A stretch of DNA of 63,742 bases, the filler included, from Octopus bimaculoides (taxonomy: Eukaryota): NCBI RefSeq assembly GCF_001194135.2. It is 6 parts of 6 records of this genome, joined end to end, with 100 filler letters (N's around TTAATTAATTAA, not from the genome) between each part and the next. Parts side by side here need not be neighbours in the genome. Positions count along the whole stretch, not along the records: positions 1 to 28,326 come from NC_069002.1; positions 28,427 to 35,421 come from NC_068990.1; positions 35,522 to 38,910 come from NW_026313939.1; 3 more parts are not named here. One strand, given 5' to 3'. This document shows positions 25,680-38,252 of the stretch, piece after piece. Position numbers and translations under genes: made by a program. How positions within the stretch are numbered: position 1 is the stretch's first letter; each line of letters begins with the position of its first letter. Below the pieces are notes generated by a model. That model made no database searches. It was given only the letters and a program-made list of their open reading frames with translations, and had not been told where the DNA came from.

Positions 25680-26260
25680 ATTATTAAGGCGGTTAGCTAG
25701 CAGAATCGTTACCGTGCCTGAAGAATAGGCTTAACGATATTTCATTCGACTTTACCAGTTGAGTTATGGGATCGATGTAATCGATTTACACCCTCATCCG
25801 AAATTGGTAGCCTTTGCCAAAATGTGAAATCATTATCAAAGCAGCGAGCAAATAGAAACCGGGGAAAATGCTTGGTAGCATTTCATCCGTCTTTACGTTC
25901 TGAGTTCAAATTCTGCCGAGGTCAAGATTACTTTTCATTCTATCAGGGTCGATAAAATAAACTGCAGCTGTGCACTGGTGTCGATGCGATCGACTTATCT
26001 GCCACCACCCAAAATAATTCCTGGCCTTAGGCCAAAAAATTGGAGATCCTTATTATTAAAGTAGCGAGCTGGCAGAATCGTTAGCACGCCGGGCGAAATG
26101 CTTAGCGGTATTTCGTCTACCGTTACGTTCTGAGTTCAAATTCCGCCAAGGTCGACTTTGCCTATCGGGGTCGATTAAATAAGTTCCAGTTACGCACTGG
26201 GGTCGATGTAATCGACTTAATCCCTTCCTCGAAATTTGAAGCCTTGTGCTTCCAGGAGAA
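25680..26260 (+). mobile_element. Three head-to-tail SINE family 3 copies
   Basis: Units at about 25685, 25840 and 26062, with differing degrees of decay. Confidence 0.85.
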
Positions 26261-28326
26261 AGAATTATTGATATCATATAGAAGAGAATCGCCTATTTCT
26301 CTCATTATTTTGGTGGGAAGATTATTTTTACCTCGCTGTCAGAATTTCTCCTATTTCAGATGTGCATATTATTTTATTAAAACAATAATCCATGTGCGCA
26401 TGCGCAGGTGTATACATATATCTAAGCCGTAGATATTATTTTTATTTTCCTGAAAAATATATTTATATATATTGGATTTGATCTGTTCCAGATGATTTCC
26501 AATTGTCTCTTTCTCTTGTGACTTCTATTATATCTTCAGATGGAATAATAACTGTCCTTTGCGATGGTATTTATCATGTTATAACTTTTTATTTTTCTTT
26601 GGATTATATCATTTGTTTGAAGGAAAGACATTCTGTTTCGTTCATTTTACTTCTTTCTTTGTTTTTCTTCCTTGTTTTTTCGTTGGTCTTTTCTTTTTTT
26701 TTATCTTCAAATTCTCATATATTATATGATTCTTCGTTGTTGTCCAAGAAGTTTCCTACATTTATGATTTTGTTCTATAAATTCTTCGACATGAAATTTC
26801 TGTTTTTTTTTTTTTTTTTTTTTTTTTTNNNNNNNNNNNNNNNNNNNNNNNNNNNNNNNNNNNNNNNNNNNNNNNNNNNNNNNNNNNNNNNNNNNNNNNN
26901 NNNNNNNNNNNNNNNNNNNNNNNNNNNNNNNNNNNNNNNNNNNNNNNNNNNNNNNNNNNNNNNNNNNNNNNNNNNNNNNNNNNNNNNNNNNNNNNNNNNN
27001 NNNNNNNNNNNNNNNNNNNNNNNNNNNNNNNNNNNNNNNNNNNNNNNNNNNNNNNNNNNNNNNNNNNNNNNNNNNNNNNNNNNNNNNNNNNNNNNNNNNN
27101 NNNNNNNNNNNNNNNNNNNNNNNNNNNNNNNNNNNNNNNNNNNNNNNNNNNNNNNNNNNNNNNNNNNNNNNNNNNNNNNNNNNNNNNNNNNNNNNNNNNN
27201 NNNNNNNNNNNNNNNNNNNNNNNNNNNNNNNNNNNNNNNNNNNNNNNNNNNNNNNNNNNNNNNNNNNNNNNNNNNNNNNNNNNNNNNNNNNTATATATAA
27301 TTGCTTTGCTGTTTTTCTGTCTTCGCTGATATTGTCTTTTGTCTACGCTATCGTATAATACTGCTATATATTTTCTAAATGTCATATCAACGCTATATCT
27401 TTTTCCCTGCGCCATATTGCCATATTCTTGCCATATTTTTCTTTACAGAATATCATATATATTCTCGCTGTATATTTTCTATACCCGTTGATTTCCTGTT
27501 ATACGACAGGTAGCATTGTATATTTTTTTCTTTCTTTCGGAAATTTCCGCGCTCGTTGTTTTAATTACAACCCACACGACACATTTTACATAAGTCGGTA
27601 TATATTAGTCGTTTTTGTTGTTATTATTAAGATTTTTATTATTATTATATCCATTATTTGCAGTGGAATTATTTTCCTAATGCATCATTAGCTTTCCTAA
27701 TGTGAACACTATATTTTATGTTGCGTTATACCACGTCTTAATTGTTTATTGTTGTCGTTTTTTTTTTTTTTTCAATTTTTATGAATTTATTTTATGCTTT
27801 CAAATATTTGCTTAATTTTCTCCCACCACCATCACCGCTACCACCACCACCACTACCGCCACAGCCCATCATACTTTTACTGGTTGAGAAGGTTCCATTT
27901 GATTGGATGAGCTTATGACGTCTTTCACCACCACCAACAACAACGACTCTTCTACCATGCCCCCTATTACCACCACTACAGAAGCCACAAACAGCTCAAC
28001 TACCAACCCCACCGCCACCACAACCACCACCTCCGCCACCACCATCCCCATCTTCATTATCGCCATCACCATCGCAATCTGTCAAGTCACATCAAGGACC
28101 TCAGACAGATACTACTTTCCTTAAGATGTGTGCTGTGCCCAACAACGTTGCTTTTTGCAAGACATCAATCTTGCATGGGACTTTCATAAATTTCAGGCCT
28201 TGTGCCTTTAGTAGAAATGATTATTATCATTATCATTATTATTTCTCCGGATTACCCTAGTTGAACTGTCTCACCATTGGCCTTTCTATGTATTTATATA
28301 CTTTTGTGAACTCTACTTTCATATCT

Positions 28327-28426
28327 NNNNNNNNNNNNNNNNNNNNNNNNNNNNNNNNNNNNNNNNNNNNTTAATTAATTAANNNNNNNNNNNNNNNNNN
28401 NNNNNNNNNNNNNNNNNNNNNNNNNN
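28327..28426. other. Artificial scaffold-joining spacer N44-TTAATTAATTAA-N44
   Basis: Identical 100-nt cassette also at 35422-35521, 38911-39010, 59333-59432 and 61399-61498. TTAATTAATTAA gives TAA in all six frames. Confidence 0.95.
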
Positions 28427-28491
28427 ATATATATATATATATATGAATAATAATAATAAATGGAGCAAAACGCATATAAACAAAAGTTCCT

Positions 28492-28586
28492 TTAATTCCT
28501 ACATATGTTTCAAAATATATGTGCACTCTACTCCAAAGAAGTAAGAGGTGCTGGAATTGCACATATATTCATCGTCAGGGAACCAA
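28492..28586 (-). ncRNA. Type I hammerhead ribozyme in a PLE terminal repeat (inverted copy)
   Basis: Stem I UUGGUUCC/GGAAUUAA (8 bp, 2 G-U); core CUGACGA; stem II AAUAUAUGUGCA/UGCACAUAUAUU; GAAAC; palindromic stem III ACAUAUGU; cleavage triplet GUA. Confidence 0.8.
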
Positions 28587-28689
28587 CATATAGAAGCAAG
28601 ACAAATGCGAAATGATAAGATTACTTACGAGTTATAATATTATATGGCCAAGATTAGCATCTTGGACTTAAATCCTAAGAGAATTAAGT

Positions 28690-29050
28690 TTTTAAGTGCG
28701 AATGTGGTTTATCAATGTAAGGTAATAATCTCACGCTGATGTCTTGTTTTACGTAGGTAGCTCATCGACGCAGGTCTCCAAGAGAATATCGAACCATTAT
28801 TCTTCATTTAGGGATAGGAATAAAGCTAACATCACCGGCCTAAGTAAATTTATTTGGGAGCTGAAAGATTGCAATAAACAATTCTCTTTAGAATGGTCTA
28901 TACTGACTACTTCAGTTCCCTACGACAAAGGTAAGGCTTTTTGTCCTCTTTGTAACATGGAGCTTTTCCATATTCTGTTCTTCAAGAATCGCTTAGTAAA
29001 CCAGATAACATAGAGAGCGTATCGATGTCAGCACTGGCAGAGACATACCT
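28690..29050 (+). mobile_element. Penelope-like element, GIY-YIG endonuclease C-terminal fragment
   Basis: NVVYQCKV...FYVGSSSTQVSKRISNHYSSF...LSKFIWELK...EWSIL...CPLC matches the PLE GIY-YIG pattern; frame is disrupted. Confidence 0.85.
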
Positions 29051-29098
29051 TCATTTATTATCATTGATTCCATCCTTCCTACTAGTTTAAGTTTTTAG

Positions 29099-29133
<35 letters not shown>

Positions 29134-29169
29134 GTCTCTTTTTTTTACCAAATGTCCTCTGAATAATAT

Positions 29170-29830
29170 CTTTTAATATAATCTTAAATAATATTTATTT
29201 CTGCCTCCATCGCCACTTGTCTTTTATCTTCCTATTCTATAGTTGGTTAAGTAATTCCTTCCCAGTGATGCTACATTAGTTGTCTTTGTACCACTAGTAA
29301 TTTTAACTAAATATACCCGATCTTCTCCTTGTAAGCATGTATATTATTATTATTTCTCAACAAAATATCTTGTACCTTGTTTTACCATTGATTTGCGTTA
29401 ACATCCGTATATTAATATATTACAAGGCAATGATGTTTTATTTATCATGTTTAGATTCTTCGCTTCAAATCAGTATATTATTATTTTTGATATTTTTAAT
29501 ATAATCTTAAACAATATCTATTACTGCCTCCATCGCCACTTGTCGTTTATTTTCCCCTTCTATAGTTGGTTAAGTAAATTCTTCCTAGTAATGCTACATT
29601 AGTTGTGTTTGTACCATTAGTAACTCTAATTAAATATTCCCTTTCTTCTTGTAAGCTTGTATATTATTATTATTATTATTATTATTATTTCTCAACTAAA
29701 TATCCTTACCTTGTTTTACCATTTATTTGCGTTAATATCCGTATATTAATATAATATATTACAAGGCTATGATGCTTTATTTATTTATTATTATATTTAC
29801 ATTCTTCGCTTCAAATTAGTATGTTATTTT
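29170..29830 (+). repeat. Two diverged ~320-340 bp tandem copies in the PLE 3' region
   Basis: ctgcctccatcgccacttgtc...cttcgcttcaaat occurs at about 29170-29480 and 29495-29830. Confidence 0.85.
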
Positions 29831-30116
29831 TTTTTTCTTAAGGAGAAATTATCATATATGATGATCTCTTTGGATTCTCTCCCTTACTCCACATTTGGAT
29901 TAGCTTATAGCTTACGGCTTTAGTTTACTGTGATCCATTTTGCCTCCCTCTATTTTAATCATTTAATTTAAACCTTTAGTATAGCGTTTACAACCCCCTT
30001 TCCGTTATAACTCTATGTAAACCAGCGTTCTTGCTTCTAACGGTCACTCACTTGGCCATATAATATTATAAATCGTAAGTAACCTTATCATTTCGCATTT
30101 GTCTTGCTTCTATATG

Positions 30117-30211
30117 TTGGTTCCCTGACGATGAATATATGTACAATTCCAGCACCTCTTACTTCTTTAGAGTAGAGTGCACATATATTTTGAAACATAT
30201 GTAAGAATTAA
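30117..30211 (+). ncRNA. Type I hammerhead ribozyme in a PLE terminal repeat (sense copy)
   Basis: Near-identical reverse complement of 28492-28586. Has a C-A mismatch at the first stem I pair (GUA|AGAAUUAA) and one stem II mismatch. Confidence 0.72.
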
Positions 30212-30436
30212 AGGAACTTTTGTTTATATGCGTTTTGCTCCTTTTATTATTATTACTCATATCTACTCAAAATGCATCACTTTAACTTGGTATCTCTATC
30301 TATAAAACGGGTGTGATATCCTGGGGGTTTTTTGTGTGATTTTTGCTACCCATGGTAACTATTAACATATTTACATTGTCAAGGTTTTTTTTAACTGAGA
30401 TAATATTAATATATACATAGATTAATATGTGTGTGT

Positions 30437-30477
<41 letters not shown>

Positions 30478-31146
30478 AAACAAAAGAAATGTAAAACTCA
30501 CAGAAAGTTTGTAGAGTAAAGTTTATAGTGATATTAGGATCATATTACATCATTACATCATTACGAATTAAATAAGTACCGGTTTCACGATCAAACGATT
30601 GTTAACTTATATACAGAGAACTTCTTTTGCTGTCAATAGGACGCTATCTTGGAAAAAAAGGGAACAGATATAAAGCAATATGTCAAGGAGAGCAACTCTT
30701 ACTTTTTCATGTAGCTCTTCAGTGTTTTTAGCAAGCATACATTTACAGGAGTCCTTTCATTTTATAGACAGTTAATTATATTAGCGTAATAGGTTTTAAA
30801 GATTAAGTAGTAATGTGTGAATGAGTGTATATACATGTATTTTATGCTCTAACATTTCATTTTCTCTCTTGTAAAATATATATGTATATATAAGTATGAA
30901 CAGTAATTTATACCTAAAAATTGTGGTTGGCATACATATATCTCTTTTTTGCATATGTTGAAATTCCATAATTGAATAAAATAAATCAGTCCAATAAAAA
31001 TGAACGACAAAGCAACTGCCGAGATATGAATACTTTCTTCATAAGAGTCATGTCGGACCTCTCATGGCTCAGGTTTGAATATGAATGGGTGTCCAGGAGT
31101 CAAGTAATTAAGTGACAATTAGTAATACAATTAAAATGAATTGGTG

Positions 31147-33230
31147 TTAAGTACAAGTTTGTATTTTTGATGAAATATGTCTCTTTATTGAGTCGGGCTT
31201 GTGTAGAAGTCCAGTCAGCAAATTTATATAGAAGGAAAAAGTGAATTTAGGTTGTATTTGTTTCGTACATACGCCGATATGTTCACTGAGATAAATTTGG
31301 CGGTACTGTGGTGAGGCTATCTGTTGACGATGCACCATACAACGTTGACGGATAGAATTCCCCGTGCTACCGATATAGACTTTCTGGCAGCCCGAGCATC
31401 TGATTACGTAGATCAAATTTTCGGGTGCGCAAGTGAAATTTGATTTAATTGTAAAGTGTTGCCCTTGTTTAAAATAGCATTCTGACACTTCCAAAAAGTT
31501 GGGGCATGTACCCAGTTTGGGGCGATTACATTTTTTGACATTGGGGCTTGTTGTAGAGGGGAATAATTAAACATTAGTTAGCAGTTTCTTTAATGACTTA
31601 GGTTGTTTGTTGCTTTTGACAATTTTAATGTCACGTAAAATTCTTTTTTGTTTTGGGTTCTTGTGTAGTATTGGTAGGTTTTGTATGATTGTGCTGAATG
31701 CTTCTTTATTTCAAGGCTTGTATGAGGAAATGTAGGGTAGTGTTTTAAGGAGAGGTTTGTTAATGACTTTGACTTTTCTTAATGTCTCGGTGTTGATAGA
31801 TTTGGCACGTTTTATTCCTTCATTAATGAGTCGGATTGGGTAGTGTCTATCCAGGAGGATGTTTTTCAGTTCTTGCAGTCTTAAATCTCAAGTTTTTTTT
31901 CTCTGAGACAATAGTGCAGATTCTTCTTGCAAGGTTGAAGGAGATGTTTGTTTTTGTGTGTCTAGGATGGCAAGAGAAGGTATCGTTTTGCACCTGTTGT
32001 TTTATAAAATATGTCTGTTTCGATTTTGTTGTTTTTTTAAATTAGAATGTCTAGGAATGGAAGTACCTCCTGGTTGTATTCCATTGTTAATTGAATGCTT
32101 ATGGGGATGCTGTTCAGAAGTGTTTTAAATTCTAGGAGTTTGTTTAAGTTATTCCAGAGTATGAAACAGTCATCCATGTATCTCTTCCAATTCTCTTTAA
32201 TTTATTGGGCGAGAGGGTCTCCAAATTTTCACAGTGAATTCTGATATATTTTTTCTCTAAGAATCCCATTGTGAGGTTGGCAATGGTAAGTGCTGCTCTC
32301 GTGCCCATCGCAATTCCCAATATCTGGCGGTAGCAGTTGGTGTCAAAAATGAAATGATTATTCTGGAGAATGAATTTAATTGATTTGTTCATTCATTCCG
32401 GTATTTTCTCTAGATGTAGTTCTAGCCAGAATCGAATCGCTTCCATACCATAATCATGTAGAATGTTGGACTATAGGTTTATAACATCGAAGGAGATCAT
32501 GAGGGATTCTTCTCCGACCTGTTCTGGGAGATGGTTCAGCATGTCTAAATCATCTCTGATGTAGCTTCTTAATATGTTTTAGATATGGCTTCAGGAGAAT
32601 GTCCATGAAGTAACTTAATCTGTGTATCTCACAGGATAGACCAGCTATGATAGGTCGTAATTTTAGGTCTCCTGCTGTTGGGGTATGTATGTGGTGAGTT
32701 GTTGATGGCTTCATTGATGGTTGGGCTTTTGTAGATTTTGGGGAGGCCATAGAAAAGGCTGGGTTTCTACTTGAAATTTGTTAGGAAATCTACTTCCTGT
32801 GAGGACTTTCCTGACGAGAGGTTTTTCATTATTTTTGGGGGGTTGTAGTTGTTGATTTCTTCATTATACTCATTGCTGTTTAGTAAGGACATAACTAGAT
32901 TTCTATAGTAGGATATGTCCGTAATTACCGCTGCGATACCTTTGTCCGCTTCTTTGATTGCAATTTCTTTATTGTTTTGTAGTTCATTAAGTTATTTCCA
33001 TTGGATTTTGTTGAGGTTTGGGATGTTTTTTTGTTTGTGCAAGGTGTGATAGGAGAAGCTTTCGATGTGCTTGCAAAATTCCTCGAGGCTTTTGTTTCTT
33101 TCTTTGTGGGAGGTGTATTCACTTTTGTTCTTGACCAGTGATTCATCCTGATCATCAAAGTCGGTCAGTGCCTTCACAAGTCTTAATTTCCTGCAGAACT
33201 CTGGGACACTGTCTTTAATTTCACTTTGGG
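31147..33230 (-). mobile_element. Degenerate Penelope-like element (RT + GIY-YIG; Neptune-type Cys motif)
   Basis: IKEADKG; LRPIIAG..CEIHRLSYFMDILLKP; FILQNNHFIFD..CYRQILGIAMGT; WKRYMDDCF (about 32163-32189); NFTCAPENLIYVIRCSGCQKVYIGST. Many frameshifts and stops. Confidence 0.92.
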
Positions 33231-33255
33231 TGTAAATATATACATACACCACCCC

Positions 33256-33286
<31 letters not shown>

Positions 33287-34241
33287 NNNNNNNNNNNNNN
33301 NNNNNNNNNNNNNNNNNNNNNNNNNNNNNNNNNNNNNNNNNNNNNNNNNNNNNNNNNNNNNNNNNNNNNNNNNNNNNNNNNNNNNNNNNNNNNNNNNNNN
33401 NNNNNNNNNNNNNNNNNNNNNNNNNNNNNNNNNNNNNNNNNNNNNNNNNNNNNNNNNNNNNNNNNNNNNNNNNNNNNNNNNNNNNNNNNNNNNNNNNNNN
33501 NNNNNNNNNNNNNNNNNNNNNNNNNNNNNNNNNNNNNNNNNNNNNNNNNNNNNNNNNNNNNNNNNNNNNNNNNNNNNNNNNNNNNNNNNNNNNNNNNNNN
33601 NNNNNNNNNNNNNNNNNNNNNNNNNNNNNNNNNNNNNNNNNNNNNNNNNNNNNNNNNNNNNNNNNNNNNNNNNNNNNNNNNNNNNNNNNNNNNNNNNNNN
33701 NNNNNNNNNNNNNNNNNNNNNNNNNNNNNNNNNNNNNNNNNNNNNNNNNNNNNNNNNNNNNNNNNNNNNNNNNNNNNNNNNNNNNNNNNNNNNNNNNNNN
33801 NNNNNNNNNNNNNNNNNNNNNNNNNNNNNNNNNNNNNNNNNNNNNNNNNNNNNNNNNNNNNNNNNNNNNNNNNNNNNNNNNNNNNNNNNNNNNNNNNNNN
33901 NNNNNNNNNNNNNNNNNNNNNNNNNNNNNNNNNNNNNNNNNNNNNNNNNNNNNNNNNNNNNNNNNNNNNNNNNNNNNNNNNNNNNNNNNNNNNNNNNNNN
34001 NNNNNNNNNNNNNNNNNNNNNNNNNNNNNNNNNNNNNNNNNNNNNNNNNNNNNNNNNNNNNNNNNNNNNNNNNNNNNNNNNNNNNNNNNNNNNNNNNNNN
34101 NNNNNNNNNNNNNNNNNNNNNNNNNNNNNNNNNNNNNNNNNNNNNNNNNNNNNNNNNNNNNNNNNNNNNNNNNNNNNNNNNNNNNNNNNNNNNNNNNNNN
34201 NNNNNNNNNNNNNNNNNNNNNNNNNNNNNNNNNNNNNNNNN

Positions 34242-34269
<28 letters not shown>

Positions 34270-34272
<3 letters not shown>

Positions 34273-34900
34273 AGTTGTATGCTGTCAACTTAATGTGACA
34301 GTTCCATGAATGGAATAATACTACTGCTACTTAGCCCTAGGAAGTTGCACTTTGGCTCTATAAACAATACCTTTTTCGAGACATTTTCCTTCCAACGGAC
34401 AGCAGATCCCATCTTTGAAGTTACAGTTCCTCGGATTAGAATCGGCACTGTAGTTATCTGTAATAATTATAGTATTGTGGTGGCTAATAGAAGAGGCGAA
34501 GTTTTTGCAACAAAAATAGCTAATCTTCAGCGTTCTTCTATTAAATATTCTATAGAACTTATGGCTAGGTTGAAAATACTTAGAGACGAATTTTAAGAAT
34601 TCCATACCTATATTAGTTTTTACGGCCATATTAAATGTTGGGTTAAACCACAAATCTCTCCTAGTTCTAGTTCTATGTGTCGTATTATTGCTAGCATTTA
34701 CTTGATTATACTGAATCTACTCCGAGAATCCACTTTTCCTTAATGCGTTATTGTAATAGGGCGCAGCATATTGAAATGCTGTCTCATCCGAAGAAATTGA
34801 TGATATTCGCCTACCTACATTACTAACTAGGTTCCTAAGAATAACGGATGATTCTTTGCTAAAATAACAGCTTTTCATTAGGGTTACGGTAATGTTTAAA
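34270..34900 (-). mobile_element. Penelope-like element fragment (RT thumb/linker into GIY-YIG)
   Basis: WFNPTFNMAVKTNIGMEFL...FNRRTLKISY...HN...CNFKDGICCPLEGKCLEKGIVYRAKV. Confidence 0.88.
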
Positions 34901-35052
34901 TTTATCTAACTGTAAATCTAAAATTGTTTGTATATATGCATTATGATGTAAGTATGTTATTATATATTTATTTTTATGTGTATGTATTGTAGGTATGCAC
35001 ATGTATGTGTATGTATACGTACGCGTACATGTGCGGGGGTGTATATGTGTAT

Positions 35053-35421
35053 GTGCTCCCTGTTCCTATAAATGAACGTATAATGACGCTACGGTTACAC
35101 TTGAAAGGTAAGCGGTTTGCTACTCTAATAAGTGCCTATGCACCTACTTTGACTAGCTGTGATGAAGATAAAACAATCTTTTATACCCAGCTGAGAGCCA
35201 TACTTAGAAAAATCCCCAATTCTGATAAAGTCATTCTACTAGGGGATTTTAATGCCAGAGTTGGAACAGACTGGCAAACATGGAACTCTCTAGGACGTTT
35301 TGGAGTAGGGAAAATGAATAGCAATGGTCTCATGCTACTGGAGCTTTGCGAAGAACATGGACTTTACATCGCAAGCACACATTTTATGCACAAAGGTGAT
35401 CACACAACAACATGGATGCAC
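35053..35421 (+). mobile_element. RTE-clade LINE, APE endonuclease fragment
   Basis: INERIMTLRL...TLISAYAPTL...VILLGDFNARVG...NSNGLMLLELC...TTTWMH; stop-free up to the spacer. Confidence 0.93.
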
Positions 35422-36718
35422 NNNNNNNNNNNNNNNNNNNNNNNNNNNNNNNNNNNNNNNNNNNNTTAATTAATTAANNNNNNNNNNNNNNNNNNNNNNN
35501 NNNNNNNNNNNNNNNNNNNNNATATATACATGTACATATATATGCACATTCACATAAATTCACATGTATATACGCATAACTGGTCATACATTTCTTGCTA
35601 AGTTTTTGACATTCGTCTCTGATAACAACACAGAATAGAAAATTACTTGGTTTCTTCTAAGAAATGCACACCCTTATAGTTGGGATCCAATGCAAGCTAA
35701 GCATATGTGAAGATTTTCAAATAAGTAAATACAATGAGTTGAATATTAGATGCTTGCACCTTAGAAATAAGTCTTTCCGTCATGCTATAAATATTTAAAC
35801 CTTGAAACTAACAAGATATGGATCATTAAAACTGTATAAAGTTTAAAGAGTATGACCAACAACTTTGGTATCTACTGAAAACTGTTTTGATTTCCCTACA
35901 GAATGTATGTAGAAAATTCGAGTATGATGTTCTTTTCGGTCTCATAAAAACTGCCTTGTGATATAATATTTAATATAAATTTAGTAATTTGGTCTTACCT
36001 AACACTGTATTATATATTCCTAATTAATTTTAAGTTATGATTGTATTGGCTAAGTTTATAAAACCGCCTCTGGTTTTGTCTTTCTTCACCGTCTTAATAT
36101 CTTTTTCTGTGAAATACTGAGGAGTGGGGTAATTCGTTTAGAGGGGTCAATCCGAAAGAATGAAAAACAAAGTTGACCACAGTAAAATTTATACTCAGAA
36201 CATGAAGACGGGCGACATGCTACTAAGCCTTTTCTACGGTGCAGTAACAATTCTGCTAGCTGGCCACTTACATCAATGGATTAATATTAGTTTCAAATTT
36301 TGGCACAAAGCCAGCAATTTCGGGGGCGGGTTGTAAGTCATCTAGATTGACCTCAATACTCAACTGGCACTTATTTGATCGATTCTGAAAGGATGAAAGG
36401 TGAAGACGACTTCACTGGAATTTGAACTCAGAACATAAAGACAGATGAAATGCTGCTAAGCATTTTGCCCAGCATAGCCACTTTCATCTTTAGATTAATA
36501 TTGATAAGTCTTCTTTAGGGCCATATAAGAAATTGAAGTTATCACAGCACAGCAAGATAATAACAAATCTCTTTAATTTTACAGTGCAGTAACAACATTT
36601 GAGAGATGTTTTATGATTGAGATGTTTTATGGTCGAAAAATTGTATGTAAACTGATTTCTTCATGGCATAATATGGAGCCCTAATATTACTGAGAAACTG
36701 TTGTACACATCATAGATT

Positions 36719-36751
<33 letters not shown>

Positions 36752-36859
36752 ATGTGCTGTTCCATTATTGGTGGGATAAAAGAAACGGGGCTTAATCTAT
36801 CATCATCATGACTATGATTTCGCTTAGCTTGATTGGTCTTCTCCAACACAGCATATTGC

Positions 36860-37170
36860 CAGAGGTTTCAGTCACTAGTCATGGCATTTGTGAGGCTCAA
36901 AGTTTGAAGATCATGCTTCACCACTTCATCCCATGTCTTCCTGGGTCTATCTCTACCACAGGTTCCCTCCATAGTTAGAGATCAGTACTTTTTTTTACAC
37001 AGCTGTTCTTGCTCATGTGCATTACATAACCACACCAGCGCAGTCATCTCTCTTGCACACCACATCTGATGCCTTTTATGCCTAACTTTTCTCTCAAGAT
37101 GCTTACACTCTGTCGAACATGCACACTGACGTTGCACATTCAGCGAAGCATACTGGCTTCCTTTCTTTGA
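36860..37170 (-). mobile_element. RTE-clade LINE 3' end
   Basis: Decayed LQRNEASMLRWMCNVS...LREKLGIKGIRCGVQERRLRW...GRDRPRKTWDEVVKHDL. Confidence 0.8.
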
Positions 37171-37949
37171 AGCCTAGTGAGATATAAATATCACATATAT
37201 TGCTCCTTATACATCCTGCCCGATAAATAGGATGGTCATGGTTAGAACGTGTTTGATAATAGATGTAGTGAACTGGGGATAATCTAGAGCTAAACTACAG
37301 CTAGTATTCCTCTTTTCTTCCACCTACCCATTCTCCAAATACTACTACTACAATTACTACACCATTGTTCTCTCACCTTCATCAGTTGTGCTGTAATTTG
37401 GTTGCTCAGTGACTGTGCTGTAATCTGTGCTGTAATTTGGTTGCTGAGTGGTCAACTCTGTATTGTAACACTGAGACATGTCTGGCTCTTGCCAGATACC
37501 AGTAAATGGGGAACACTTTGGTGATGCCATACTGGAAGAACTAAAAAATTAATGTAAAATATTGTCAGCTGTGTTTATACATTCATATTCCATCAATTTC
37601 AGAGAAATGTAAAAAAATACATGGTCCTGGGTGTGATTTGAACTCACTCTATCTCCCTATTCTCAAAACAAAGTGAAGAAATGTTTTCTGACTAAAGTTT
37701 AGATTTTAAAAAGATATTACTACATTTGTTCATAAATTAATTTTACTATTTGAAGAATTCAGAAAAAAACAATGAAAATTAAGGATAACTCAGAAGAATT
37801 TATTGGCAAACATAAAGTTTTATTAGAAACATCAGAGCACTTCAGTGTGAGCTCCATTGGTCGAACACAACACAACAAGACAATACGATACAATAAATTG
37901 TGGAGGTTGAAAAGAAAATTTTGGGATACCCTATAAATTGGGAATGATG

Positions 37950-38051
37950 TCTATATCTATAAAACTGAGAATGTATGCCTGTCTGTATATGTGTATCAAT
38001 AAAACTCGAGAACTACCCAACCAATTTCATTCAAATTTGACACATGCCTTA

Positions 38052-38055
<4 letters not shown>
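37950..38055 (+). mobile_element. Non-autonomous Helitron/Helentron-like 5' end
   Basis: TCTATATCTATAAAACTGAGAATG... followed by ...ctcgagaactac.caaccaatttcattcaaattt.acacatgccttactta; Lep1/DINE-like layout. Confidence 0.5.
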
Positions 38056-38087
<32 letters not shown>

Positions 38088-38198
38088 CATATATATACCC
38101 ATATATATATACCTTTATATATATATANNNNNNNNNNNNNNNNNNNNNNNNNNNNNNNNNNNNNNNNNNNNNNNNNNNNNNNNNNNNNNNNNNNNNNN

Positions 38199-38252
<54 letters not shown>

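Noticed and set aside
31000-31060. Possible hammerhead at the 3' end of the Neptune-type PLE
   Set aside because: Core too degenerate (CTTATGA...CGGCAG) to support.
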